NCBI GenBank assembly: GCA_036630325.1
Contig: CP142735.1
Span: 682,001-746,000, forward strand
Direction of reading: 5' to 3'
Length of the DNA stretch: 64,000 nt
From: Vairimorpha necatrix
Lineage: Eukaryota
Positions 1 through 13,361 of this stretch are shown one piece after another (within the stretch, counting starts at the first letter, position 1; every line of letters starts with the position of its first letter). The notes under the pieces are model-generated. The model saw only the letters and a list, made by a program, of their open reading frames with translations. It searched no databases and was not told the DNA's origin. Position numbers and translations under genes: made by a program.

Positions 1-1260
1 AAAAGTACAAGTGCAAGTGCAAAGTAAGTTCAATATGTAATGCCGCAATTAAAGTGTGTGGCGAACATAATCATTCTATAGATGCCGCTAAAGTGGAATC
101 CGATAAAAGATATGCATAATATTCGAGCCTTTGGAAACCCCTCAAAAGAAGCGCTACAATCAATTATATCAGAATGTTTATCACTATACAACCAAGCTGC
201 AGCCTCGAAATTGACACGACGAGCGTAGCCTTTGTTATATTCGTCAAATTGCTAAAGCAGGCAGCGTGCTTCTAAATTCGAGCAGGAAATTGCGTTCACA
301 GACAAATTTAAAGAAACGGCCAGAGGTGAACCCTTTCTGTTGTATGATTCTGGGGCAGATGGAAAAGGAATTTTAATTTTTTCGTCGATTACAATTTACA
401 GATTTTGCAAGATAGTCAACAATAGTGGTAGATGGCACGTTTAAAACCGTTCCATTATTTTTTCTTCAATTGTACACCTTCACGGCCTAAAACAAAGTGC
501 TTCAGTCCCCTTGGTCTTCGCTTTATTCTCAACTAAATTAGAGCAAACCTATTTCAGATTTCTTAGCACTTTGAAAGATTTTGAACCATCCTTAAATCCG
601 CAATCGAAAACTGTAGATTTTTAAAAAGCATGCTGAATGCTATACAGTACAGTTTCCAGGAGCCATGTAAAAGAATAATTTTTTCATTTCTCCCAATGCA
701 TTTTTCGAACCGTTCAAAATCATGGATTCAAACTACTGTACGATAAAGATCCAGAATTTGCACTGCGAATAGGAATGCTAGCAGCAATCGCATTTGTACC
801 ATCCGATTTAGTTGTTGACGTTTTTGAAGAATAAGGTGACGGAATACTGATCATCAGAGCTTTAGCCGTCTAAGACTATTTTGAAGATACTTGTATTGAC
901 CGTAAAAACCGAAGACAGCGTCGAACACCAAATTTTCATTAGAAATATGGAATATGTACACTATAACAATAGATGATCTTTCTAGGCCCAACAACCGGCC
1001 AAAGGTTGGCATTGAGGGGGGGGGGGTTCGAGTCGCAAACAGGTGGCACTCACCTGAATATTTGGAAGTTTATTAATTGCTTAAAAAAGAAACAAGCTCT
1101 AAATGAGGTTCAATTTGAACAATTTTTTGCTGGATATAATGCTTATCTTTATAAAAAAAAAGTATCGCGATTGCATAACGAGAATTCTAAATATCATTCT
1201 CAATTTTAACCGAGAAAATTTTAGGATATATTGGTTCTGTGCCCATGATCTATCATTTTA
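1..1260 (+). mobile_element. Degenerate Mutator/MULE transposase remnant (window starts inside it)
   Basis: Broken frames give MULE-type motifs: DGTFKTVP..F.QLYT.HG (~430-490), FFHFSQCIFR (~680-710), DYFEDT (~873), and W..Y....R.NN...GWH (~950-1010). Many stops and frameshifts. Confidence 0.75.
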
Positions 1261-1733
1261 AAATAAATTTTTATTTTTTTTTACATTTTTTTATATATTT
1301 ATAAACATTTTAATACTTTTATATTTTTTAATTCATTTAGTGATATAAATATATTAATATTAACTGCTATATTGCATAATATATATGATTTCTACATAAA
1401 AATTTTTTAAATTAAATATATATAATGCATATCTTCTTCATAATGTAAGCAAAGAAGATATAGTTCATTCTGGTCTACCATGTGGAAAGAAAGAGCAATC
1501 CGAAGACTGCAATAGTTTCGAGGAGTATCTTCTAGAATACATTCCTGATGGCCAAGGTTAGATCACTTTCCCAACCTTGCAGGAATTTGTAGATATTATT
1601 AAATATTTACCAAATTGAAAGGCTGCAAGCTGTGATGGAATCTTCAATTTCTTTATTAAGAAGTGTGAAGCTCTACACCCATTTCATTACAAGATTGTTA
1701 AGGAAGTATGCCTGATGGGAAAGAACCCAAAGC

Positions 1734-2525
1734 TTGGTTCTACAAGGGATTCCTTATTTAATCCCCAAAGGTACCCCCCCCCCCACTAGTGGTAACGACT
1801 TCAGGCCAATTACCTGTATGTTGAACCCCTACAAGCTTTCAACGAAATGCACTACGAAAGTAATGCAGCTAATTGTAGAAAGTAGAGGGCTACTAGCAGT
1901 TAACCAACTAGGGACAGTTAGACAAGTCCAAGGAACAAAAGAACAAGCTATGATTAATTTAGCAGTCAATAAGGAGCATGGAAACAGGCTGAAGACCTCG
2001 TGGATAGATGTAAAGAAAGCCTACGATTCCGTAGACTATTCTTATCTATTAACGTGTATCAGCAAGTTAAATCTCCCTCAATGGATAAGTAAATTCTTAG
2101 AAGTCACGGTTAAAAGGTGGCACATTGAGATAAAATCAGGATCGGAAACGATACTGAATAAGAAGATTGAAAGAGGCATATTACAAGGTGATTCTTTGTC
2201 GCCGCTTTTGTTTGTACTATGTATGGACCCGTTGAGCAGGAAACTGAATTCAACTTACCATAAAGTAGGAATACAGACTCACGAAAGTGTTTATGTAACA
2301 AACCATCTTCTATTTATTGATGATCTTAAGCTCCTCGCAGAGAACGATGACGTTTTAAAACTAATGAAAGAGGAAACTAAAAAGTTTTTCTCTGCTGTAG
2401 GTTTAGAAATGAAAAGAAGTAAGTCTGCAACTAACTGTAGTGATTGTAGTGAAGATGCAGTAGTACTAGAAGGGCATCAAGGATACAAATACCTTGGAAT
2501 AACAGAAGATGCCTCTAGTGTATAA
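1734..2525 (+). pseudogene. Non-LTR reverse transcriptase core fragment
   Basis: ORF track: QGDSLSP and FIDD motifs, ending in a premature stop. Confidence 0.85.
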
Positions 2526-3384
2526 AAAGAGAGACTTTTGAAAAGTGAAAAATGAGATCTTAAAGAGGGTTGAAAAACTGTGCAAGACTCAATTAAATGG
2601 TAAGAATATGATTCGAGCTATAAACGAGCATGCAATATCAGTAATAAACTATCATGTAGGATTAATAAAATTAGAACCAATAGATTTCAAAAGTCTCGAT
2701 TTTGATATCCGACAGGTACTTATTAAGTAACAGGCCCATCTACAGTCTGCCTGCAAGGAAAGACTATACCTTCCTAGATCCGAAATGGGTAGAGGCCTCA
2801 TAAGTATCGAAGATAGAAGCGAATGTATGCCTCTGAATATTTATAAAACGTTAGATGGGTCTAGAAATAGCTCACTAAGACGGGCAGCGATACTTAAAGT
2901 AGAGGCGGAGAGCAAATCCCACTTGTTTACAATAAACGAGTATCTAAGGATTAGGTATAGCTTTGTAGGAGAGATAACCCAGAAGATGCTAATAGAATCC
3001 CTAAAAGAGACGCTTTACAACAAAATTAACATAAGGACAAACCATGGAAAGTTGTTTAAAGCTAGGGACAATGATTTAGTAAGCATTAGGGACTCTTCCT
3101 ACCTGGCTGGTTAAAGGAAACAATCAGGCTAGATCCGAAGCAATTTACTGCTTCCTACAGGATAGAAATATCTTCTGTGGACAAGAGGGACAATGTCCCC
3201 ATTGTTGATCTCATAGGAAGACCGTGGATCATTTAGCCACCAAGTGTGATCGAATGTTGGGTTTTGATTATATGAAAAGACACAACGAGGTAGTTATATG
3301 CATTCATCTCTTACTATGTGTATTTATTTATCATAATTGGGGATCAAAAATATAAGAATATATAACATCCCCCCTCCAGGACGG

Positions 3385-4398
3385 TTAGTCTCCTACATCA
3401 CCATTAACCCCAAGCAGATTTTTCAAGTCATAATGTCTCTTTTTAACATATCGCCCATTAGATAGCTTCACAACATACGAGTCCCCAGGGCATATCGCCA
3501 TTATAATACCTTCGTCTAAAAACCTTCCCTTTTCATATTTATTACATCCTTTGATGTTTTCTTTCTTAGCTATCCTTACTCGTTGTCCTTCAATAAACCG
3601 CTCTCTATATCTTCTAACAAATCTTTTACTGTAGTCTCCTTCTGGTCCATTTAATATAATCACTTTCCTCGTATTGTCTTTTACCGCTTCATTGGGAGTA
3701 CTTCTTATACCTTCATGGTTACTATTATTATAAATTTTAAAGCTATCCATCACTATGTCTTCAAAACTCGCCGTCTTTTTACTCATTTTCAATATTAGCT
3801 CTCTCAGCGTTCCTATAACTCTTTTTACTCTACAATTGCTTCTATGAGACTCGACACTCACCTTATTATGGATAATATCCAATTTTCTACACAAATCCTT
3901 AAAGTCAACATTATCAAATTCCTTCCCATTATCCGTTATTATTTCCTTCGGCCTCCTGCCATTTCTACATAAGTTCTCAATAAACTGGGCCACGGAGGAT
4001 CTCTTCTTATCGTATAATACACATCCCCACGCTATCCTCGTATGGTAATCTATCGCAACTAATACATATTTGCCCTTATCTCTAAAATCAATTAAATCTA
4101 ACGCTACTTTTTCTAAATACCTGCTTGTAGCAACAAAATCACATCCTCCAGACTTTTTCCTATTGTAAATTTGACACTCCTCGCACCTTTTTATCATTTT
4201 CCCTATATCTTCTTTTATTCCTGGCCAATAATAATCAAACTTCATGGCATAATACATGCTTCCTAGTCCTCTGTGTCCATGCTCTTCATGATAACGTCTC
4301 ATAAGCTCATCTCTTTCTTTTATTTTAGGAATCAATGCTTTCCTCCCCGAATCAAAATTCCAGTATTCTTTACCGTCTATTGTCTCGACGTGCTTCAA
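3385..4398 (-). pseudogene. Gypsy A integrase region
   Basis: H..HGH...C..C zinc finger, VALDLI and ITDNGKEF motifs. Confidence 0.85.
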
Positions 4399-5760
4399 CC
4401 ATTTACCTTCAATTTGACGCTCACTTCTTTTTTTATAATTTCTTTTCTCGGATCAACCTCCTCGTGTATCCTACTCAAAGCATCCGCCACGACCATATGT
4501 TCTGGTTTCCTGTAATCTATTTCAAAGTCAAATTTTTGGATCTTTTCAATCCATCGATTAATTCTATTATTATTAAAACACGGCTTTCTTCTTATTTCCG
4601 CCAATGCTTTGTGATCCGTTTCTACTTTAAATTTTCATCCTCTTAACTCATATTTAAATTTCTTTATTCCCCAATATATGGCATACATTTCCTTTTCACT
4701 TATACCATATCTAGTTTACGTCGGGGTGAATTTCTTCGATGCCCATTGTACTGGCACCCACTCTTCTTTATCATTCTTCTGCATGAGTACTGCGCCCATT
4801 CCTATATTGCTCGCGTCAGTTCTTAATAAAAATTCCTTGTCATAGTTTACAATTTTCAACTTACTCATACTTCTTAACGTTTCCTTCATATTTTCGAACT
4901 CTTTATTTAAGTCATCAGTCCAATTCAATACTTTACTTTTACCTTTCAAACTTTCAGTCATATATAATGTCTTCTCTCATAATTCTTTATAAATCCTTGA
5001 AACCATTCACTCAGTCCTAAAATTCTTCTTATGTCAGACACATTCTGCGGCGTTGGGAACTCTAGTGCTTCGTTTTTCTTGATTTCAGACGGCATCATAT
5101 CATCCCCGTTTAGTGTAACTCCCAATAACTTGACTTCCTTTTGGCAATACTGAATTTTCTTTGAATTTATCCGCATATTATTCCGTTCTAACAATTTCAT
5201 CGCTTCTACAAATAATTTATCATGTTCTTTTCTAGTCTTTGCATGAATCACTATATCATCCATGTATACTTCTATTTTACCACCCAAATGTTTTTCAAAA
5301 ATTTTATTCATAATTCTCTGCATGATCTGAGGTGAGTTTTTAAACCCCATGACCATACTATTCCATTCATATACTATCTTATCATGCTCAAATGCAGTCT
5401 TATGCTTGTCTTGCTCTTCTATTTCGATTCCATAAAAAGCCTCCTTAAGGTCTATAACACTGAAAAACTTCGACCCTTGCGTGTTCCTTATGATATCCCT
5501 AATGTTCACTAATTTATAAGGGTCTTTCTCCACTAAATCATTTAATGCTATGAGATTGCTAACCAGTCTTATATTTCCATCTGGCTTAATTAAAGCTTTA
5601 ATCGGATTTCTCCACTCCGACGTCGATCTTCTTATGACATTCCTTGTCTCTAACCTCTGAATATATTTTCTCAGCTCTTCTTTATGCGCTTGTGGCACCT
5701 GCTGACCTTTCCTTACAACTTTCTTACCTTCTTCAGTTCTGATTCTGCATTTTTCAATAT
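4395..5760 (-). pseudogene. Gypsy A RT/RNase H region (frameshifted)
   Basis: ORFs 4958-5698 (IDLKEAF, MGFKNSP, YMDD), 4716-4961 (TDAS) and 4395-4604. Confidence 0.85.
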
Positions 5761-5836
5761 CTTATTTTCTCTTCTTCGTTGTCTATAACGTTCCTAAACC
5801 TCTTTCTCATGTCTTCTAATGTTAGACCGTTCTTTT

Positions 5837-6398
5837 CTACCTCATCATAACATCTTTTATTTCTTGTCTTCCATTCTTGTTTCTTTTGTCTTTAGCATCC
5901 CATGTGTTCCTATAAGTCCTTTCACCACAGCTACTGCTACCTTCTTCTTTAATACTCTCACATTCGTCTTTATTCTTAACATTTCTATATCTATAATAAC
6001 ACATCTGACTCTTATGTCCCATTCTTGAACAATTATAACATCTCATTGTTCTTCTCTTCTCAAATATTCTTTCCTCTCTACTAATATTTCTAATCTCCTC
6101 TGCCACCATCTTTGTGATCTCCTCAATCATCCGTAATCTCATATCCTTTTCCTCCTGTCCTTTAACCAATTCCTCTAATTTGGTTTCCATAACTTTCCAA
6201 TGATCTCCAATCTTAATATTTTTAACCATAAATTCTTTCAACTCATCATTCAAAAATCAAAAATCTCCTTCTTTACATTTTTCAAAATCATAATCAGACA
6301 ATACTAATCCATAAACAATCCTCTTAAACTCTTCTAATAACCTTCTGGCCTCTTGACCACAGCCAACACTTGTTAACTCACGACTCGATATCGCCCCA
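5837..6398 (-). pseudogene. Gypsy A short gag-like ORF with CCHC knuckle
   Basis: GQEARRLLEEFKRIVY N-terminal block, shared with element B, then CYNCSRMGHKSQMC. Confidence 0.75.
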
Positions 6399-7359
6399 TG
6401 TATTTATTTATCATAATTGGGGATCAAAAATATAAGAATATATAACACTATGTATTAAATATGGGGTTAAGAAGACAAAGAAAACACGTGGACACTCAGT
6501 ACAAGAGATCGTGGAAAATGTTGTGCAGAAATAAGAGTAGATACGAGAATATCCTCTAATATAAAGTTGACCCATAATAAGCCTGATATTCTTGTGTTTG
6601 ACAAGAAAAAGAAAGAAATTTTAATAGTTGAAGTTGGTATAACCCACCAGGATCGAATTACTATATTGAGAATGAAAAACTAAGAAAATATGACCTTTTT
6701 GCAAACGAACTGGGACTAATAAATAAATCCTGGACAAGAATAGTTCCTTATGTAATGACATGGGATGGAGTGGTAACCAAATATCACAGAAAGTACTTCA
6801 TTTTGCTTGAAATCTAACCCTACTTAAAGCGCTTATCCAGTCTATTGTGATGAAAAAGAATCTAGAATCCATCTCTTTGGAACGACGACGAGGATACGAT
6901 TAGGAGAATGCAGGAGAGGAAGAATTGCCTAGAGCTGTAAGCGCACTAACGAATATGCCGACTGTTAAAGAAGCGGCGTCGGCAAAGGGGAATGAAGCTA
7001 AAAATTTGGAGTTGAAAAACATAAATAATTCCACAGAAACCAAAGTCTGTTAAGAGCTGAATTCGTGAGCGATACCGGGGAAGCTGGTATATAAATATCT
7101 TATCTTAATGATAAATTAACTCAATAAATCTTTTATCTATAAATAACCCCTTAAAATTTTTCGGTGAATTCTCCTAGAACCATGTTACTTAATGAGGCAT
7201 TATATATTTCAAGAATGGTCTTTCAAAACTTCCCATTGTTGTTTGTTTATTTACAAAAAACAAACAAACATGTAAAACTATAAACACCAAACAGCCCAAA
7301 AGGGCATGGTTAGCAGGAGGTGGATACAAACGCAAAAAATAATAACAGCAGTATTCTTG

Positions 7360-7600
7360 AAAAGACCGTAAATCTCATCGAGGCGTATTTCCGCTTGGAA
7401 TAGTCAGATTCCAACCTCGACGACGATCATTTCTTTTTTCGACTTATTCAAAATTAGTGTATCAGGCCTGTTAAACTTTATTTTGATACTTGAATGTACC
7501 CTACCGTCGACTCGTATCTAAACATGCTCGTTAGCTACACATTCCTGGACCGAATGATTTCTAATTCTTTTGAGGATAGTCCATACTTAGATAGAACAAT
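7360..7600 (-). mobile_element. Short RLE non-LTR fragment
   Basis: The minus strand reads RIRNHSVQECVANE..RVD..RPDTLI..KEMIVVEVGI, similar to the 8590-9378 fragment. Confidence 0.7.
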
Positions 7601-8589
7601 TTTATATTTACGAATAGACCATTTTACCATTCATAAAAAAATAAATAAAAATTTAAACTAATTTTTTGTGTAACACTTTCCATAGTGTTTAATTTTATAT
7701 TTCTATTCATAACTCATAACTTTTTGTAAATTTCAATCACATCTATTTTACCAAACCTATCTAATAAACTTTTAATGTAGGCTTTAGTATATGAAATTTA
7801 CTTGGTTTTTTAAACCATTTACTTTTTGTTTTAGTGAAATATTTCAATACATCATTTAATATCTTACGATATGAAGAGTTTCTTAACACTTGATAAGTAC
7901 AAAAAGATATTTAGCCTTTTGTACTATGGCTAAGCAAAAGGGCTTGGTACTTAATACGTGTGAAAACTGGCTTAAATTCCAATATATCGAAGATCTGTAG
8001 AAGGTTAACAAGCACTTGTTTTTTCTGTGCTTTTGTATGATGATTTACAGGTGTGTACGAAGCAACTAGATTTAGAGAGGAGATTTGTATCTCACAATCT
8101 TGTAAAAACTATCTATAGTTTGAAGATTGTTTGCACATTGATGCAAAATAAAATAAAGTTGAATTATAATGAGAGAAACAACATTTAAGCTGATAATATG
8201 TTGAAACCCCTGTAGCAACATTTTAAATTGTATTTATAAAATTGCTTTCTTTATAACAATTACAAAAAATACAAAATAGCGAAAAAAAATATAGATTGAA
8301 TTGATGATTAATCTGATGAGGCCTAATGCAAGAAATAAAGATATTCATACTATAAAAATCCTAATCACAAATAATTTTACAGACAAGAATTTTAAAAAAA
8401 GATCTCGAAAGGCCCTTGAGTAGAGCAGGCATAAGCTTGATATTGTATAAAAACTTTTAGGGACCCTTATGATAGGACTTTTAAGAGGACCTGGTGCCAT
8501 TGCCAGAGAATTAGAGGACATCCAGTGGAATTTGAAAAAATAATGGAAGATATTTTTCACAAAAAACTTTATTTATTTATAAAAAATAA

Positions 8590-9378
8590 TATAATTTATT
8601 TGGATATAATATTCGGCTTATTAATTACTTTTCACAAGATACGCTTACAGTCTCATCTGGCAGTTCTAGGACTTTCTTCTGAGATTCACTCATTGGGCTC
8701 TCGAAGACCCCTTCCTGATCTGTATCAAGCCCATGTCTGGCTGACATAGTTAGGCTTTCTAGAGTCATTTTAAGGACTCTTGGCTGTATATATGCTTCCG
8801 TTCTGGGTTCTAATCTGAGCACTTTGATATGCGTACGGTGGAAATTAGTTACTATTCCATCCCACGTCATCACATAAAGAATAATTTTCGGCTTGTATTT
8901 GTAGAGAGAAGCCACATGATTTGCGAGCAAGTCGTATTTATGTTTCTTTTCTGTTTCTACTGCATGGAGGTTGTTAAAGCTTGTGATTCCAACTTCTACA
9001 ACGATCACTTCTTTCCTCAACTTGTCTACAATTAGTATATCAGGCTTGTTATACTTTATTTTAATACTTTAATGTATCCTACTGCGACTCGTATCTCAAC
9101 ATACTCATTAGCTACACATTCCTGGACTGAATGATTTCTAATTCTTTTGGCATGGAATAGACCATACGTCTTACACAACTGCAGGTGGATGCATCGCAGT
9201 GCATCATTGTGCCGTCTCATGTAATCATGTGAAAACATACGATCACATTGGGTGGCCATATGATCTACTGTCTTTGCATATTCATGGCAGTGTGGGCATT
9301 TTATCAGTTTCTCTATGAAAATATTTCGGTCCTGTAATGCTCATAAATTGCCTTCCTCTCTCGGGCTTATTTTCCCTT
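8590..9378 (-). mobile_element. 3' fragment of an RLE non-LTR retrotransposon
   Basis: CPHC..TVDHMATQC..RRHN, KPD..VEVGI..EKKHKY and YVMTWDG motifs; near-identical to 19905-20650 in the opposite orientation. Confidence 0.9.
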
Positions 9379-10306
9379 ATTTATTTATAAACTCTTATTT
9401 TAAATTAATTATAAAAATAATATGTTCTAGACATCTGTATACACCATCTTTATTTTCTTTTTTTTTTATCTACATTTAAGAATCTTCGTATTTTGGTCTT
9501 GTAACATGTTTTACGTATAAAAAAATACGTGTGAAAAAAAGAAAAAATTATAAAACTTTCTTATTAAGCACACAATATTATTATAATAAACAACGGGTTT
9601 AATTTAATTAAGATGAAAACTGCCATAAAAAATAGTTGCCTTCCCGTCCTATTGCGATAAACTAAGTGAAACATAATGACGAATATTTTTTCATTTTTGG
9701 GGTGTACTTAGGCAATTATATTTATCTTTGTTTATTTGTAAATATATTGTAAATGATTTAGACTTATGATCCAATATATAATTATTTGTTCTACTTTTTT
9801 CAATTCCAAAAGTTTATATCTAAAATCAAGCTTATATATTCTTTGTTGTTCATCAAAAAGAGGCTTTCCGTCATCCAAACTCATTATAGAATTCAGTAAA
9901 TGATCAAATCAATCATTTGGACGGTACATAGCATTTTTAATACAATTCAAAGTAAGCAATATTTTCTTTGACAGGAAGGGATTCCAGTCGTCACAAATTT
10001 TAATTTTGTTAAGAATATTTAAATAAAATTCTTGAGGCTTTAGGTATCTCTAAAACTGATATGGATATGGAATTACAAACTTCAAAGAAAGTAACTGTAA
10101 TCCATTTTTAGTCTTAGAATATTCTATTAAATATAAACAGGAATCAATAAAATATTCTTGATAGAGATAATCTAATATCATAATGGTTTTACAAAAGCTA
10201 TTAATCAAAAATGTTGCATCTTCTATATAATGTGTTTATTTTCCATAATGAGGGGTAAAAATAATAAGGATATATAACATCCCCCCTCCAAGACGGTAGT
10301 CTCATA

Positions 10307-12588
10307 CTAGAACTCATTAATCCCAAGCAGACCTTTTAAATCATAATGCCGCTTTTTCACGATCCTACCATTTTCCAAACTAACTAAGTACGAGTCACCT
10401 CCGCAAACTTCCTTGATAACACCATATCCTAAAAACCTTCCTTTCTCATACTTACTACAACCCGATAAGTTCTCTTTCTTCGCTACCCTAACTCTCTGAC
10501 CTTTATAGAATTTCTCTCTTTTGCGAGCCACAAACCTCCTACTATAAAATCCTTCAGGTCCATTCTCGATCATAACATGGCCCGTTTCGTCTCTTGAGGC
10601 CTCAAACGGTGTACATCTCAACCCTTCATGATAGCTGTTATTATAACGCCATATACATCTATTAACCTTGGCTTAAAAATCCACAGCATCATCTTTCAAT
10701 ATTCCTTCTCTTATGGTTCCTATTACCCTTTCCACTCTTCCATTACTTCTATGACTTTCTACGCTTACTTTCCTATGTAATACATTTTCCTCTGAACACC
10801 AATTCCTCATATATTCATTACTAAATTCTTTACCGTTGTCAGTAATTATTTCTACCGGTTTCATTCCTAATCCACACAACTGTTTTAAAAATCCTACAAC
10901 CGAGCTTCCGCGTTTGTCCTCTATAACTTTTCCCCAAACGATCCTAGTATAATAATCAATCACGACCAACACATATTTCCCTAAATCCCTAAACTCAATC
11001 AAATCCAAAGCAACCTTTTCCAAATAAAATCTTGAACTAACAAAATCACAACCACCACTCTTTTTCCTATTATATATTTGGCAAACTTCACACTTCTTTA
11101 AAACATCCTCGATATCCTTCTTCATACCCGGCCAATAAAATTCAAACTTCATTGCATAGTACACTGATCCTAAACTTCTATGTCCCAAATTTTCATGAGC
11201 ATTGACAATTAAACCTTCACGCAATTCTTTCTTTGGAATCTCCGCTTCTCTACCAGAGTCAAATACCCAAATTTCCTTCCCATCAACAACTTTAACATGC
11301 TTGTCCCATTTACCCTGTGCCTGTTTAATACTTCTCTCCTTATTCATTAGCGTTTTCTCATTTTCATGTACCCTACTCAGTGCATCTGCTACAACCATGG
11401 TACTAGGCTCTCTATATTCAATGCTAAAGTCGAACTCTTGAATCTTTTCAATCCACCTGTTAATTCTATTATTGTTAAATGCTGGTTTATTTCTAATCTC
11501 GATCAATGCCTTATGATCAGTTTCTACTCTAAATCTTCTTCCGCGTAGTTCATATTCAAACTTTTTAATTCCCCAAAAGACTGCATACATCTCCTTCTCA
11601 CTGATTCCATATCTCGTTTCCGTAGGCGTAAACTTTTTCGATGCCCACTGTACTGGTACCCAATTACCTTGATCATCTTCCTGCATTAAAACAGCACCCA
11701 TTCCAACATTACTCGCATCCGTGCGTAACAAAAATTCCTTATTATAATTAACAATTGCTAAACCTTTTAAATCCCTAATCACTTCCCTTAAACTAATATA
11801 TTCTTTTTCCATTTCTTCTGTCCATTTCCAATTACTTCCTCGTCCTTTAAGAGAATCCGTCAACGCCAATGTACGTTTTGCATAATTATCAATATGATTT
11901 CTTAACCATCCAGCCAGCCCAAGAAACTTCCTAACATCTGATACACACTCCGGTTTGGGAAATTCTAACGCTTCATTTTGCTTTATTTCAGATGGCAGTA
12001 TCTCCTTGCCATTAACGGTTACTCCTAACAACATCACCTCTCGTTTACATAATTGAACCTTAGCCAAATTAATTTTCATACTATTCTCCTCTAATATATC
12101 TACAGCCTCTTTCAACAATTTGTCGTGACCCTCTCTTGTCTTACTATGAATCACAATATCGTCCACATAAATTTCGATTCCCTTACCAATAAATTTTTCA
12201 AAAATCCCATTCATTATTCTTTGTAATATCTGCGGTGAGTTTTTAAACCCCATGACCATCGAATTCCACTCGTATACCTTTTTATTAAACTCAAAAGCCG
12301 TCTTAAACCTATCCTTCTCTTCAATCTCAATACTATAAAACCCCTCCTTTAGATCTATCACGGTAAAAAATTCAGATCCCTGTGTACTTCTACAACATCT
12401 CTTATCCTAGTTAACTCATAAGGATCCTTCTCTACAATGTCATTAAGAGCAATTAAATTACTTACTAATCTTATATCACCATTCGGTTTCTCAATCGCTC
12501 TAATGGGATTTCTCCAGTCAGATGTCGACCTTCTAATTATCTTTCTTCTTTCCAAACTATTAATATAATCTTCCGTCTTCTTCAACAA
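10307..12588 (-). pseudogene. Gypsy B pol (RT-RNase H-integrase), interrupted
   Basis: ORFs 12358-12588, 10673-12361 (562 aa) and 10307-10621. Confidence 0.9.
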
Positions 12589-12596
12589 AGCCTGAG

Positions 12597-13361
12597 CTAT
12601 AGCCTGCCCTTTTTTAACAACTTTCTTGCCTTCTTGAGTCTTGATAATACATTTTTCAACCTTACAAAAACTAATATCTTCATCCTCTCTCCTCCTACCC
12701 GTGAAATAATCTCCTCTAAATACGCGATGCCTCTTACATCCCTTCTCAACAGAACTCTCTTATTATTGTCCCTTTTGCTATAATCTTGTATATCCCCTAA
12801 ATTTTTCTTCTTACGTTTCCCACCATCAACATTATAATAATCACATTTGTCCAAATTGGAATCGTCATCACATTTACCCTCTAAGTCTAATTGCACTTAC
12901 ATTTACCAACATAATTAAAACTACTTTTATTTCTTCTGTCTTCAGAATCTCGCCTCATTCCCCTACAAAATCTAACACTATGGCTTAACTTCCCACAATT
13001 GTAGCAAAGTATATTCTTTTTATTTTCCTCACGAGACAACTTATTCTTCTCCTCAAATTTAGCCCATAACGCTAGGGACAACTCTTCAAATTCTTTTTTT
13101 CTCACTTGTTCCTTTTCCTCCTGAATAGCTAGCAACTCTAATTTTTCCTCAATTTCCTTCCAACTACCCTCTTGCGAGATCCTCTCAACAATAAAATTTC
13201 TCAATAAAATAGAACCTCTCCTAAAAATTTCTAATTTAAATCCACACTCATCAATTTTCTCTAAAAACAACTCATAAACAATCCTTTTAACCTCTTTTAA
13301 TAATATTCTAGCCTCTTGGCCACGGTCCTCCTTTGTAGACCCATTTTCTGGTATCGCCCCA
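12597..13361 (-). pseudogene. Gypsy B short gag-like region with Zn knuckle and charged linker
   Basis: ORFs 12887-13270 and 12597-12896; the open frame extends upstream to the PBS (GAIPENGSTKEDRGQEAR...). Confidence 0.75.

Larger units (their letters stand above)
3319..6447 (-). mobile_element. Ty3/gypsy LTR retrotransposon A (3129 bp): short gag-like ORF with Zn knuckle, RT, RNase H, integrase; no protease visible
   Basis: Identical 49-bp TG...CA LTRs at 3319-3367 and 6399-6447; TSD CTATG (3314-3318, 6448-6452); PBS-like TGGGGCGATA after the 5' LTR; PPT GGAGGGGGGA before the 3' LTR; CYNC..GH...C, YMDD, TDAS, HHCC and ITDNG motifs. Several frameshifts. Confidence 0.95.
1445..7135 (+). mobile_element. 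5'-truncated non-LTR retrotransposon (RT + C-terminal CCHC + restriction-like endonuclease, R2/R4-like), split by gypsy element A at 3319-6447
   Basis: RT motifs FRPITC, WIDVKKAYDSV, GILQGDSLSPLLF, LLFIDDLKL and YKYLG; then ERLYLPR..GRGL and CP.C...TVDHLATKC..KRHN before 3318. The ORF resumes after 6452 with KPDILV..IVEVGI..EKLRKY..YVMTWDG. Frameshifted. Confidence 0.9.
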
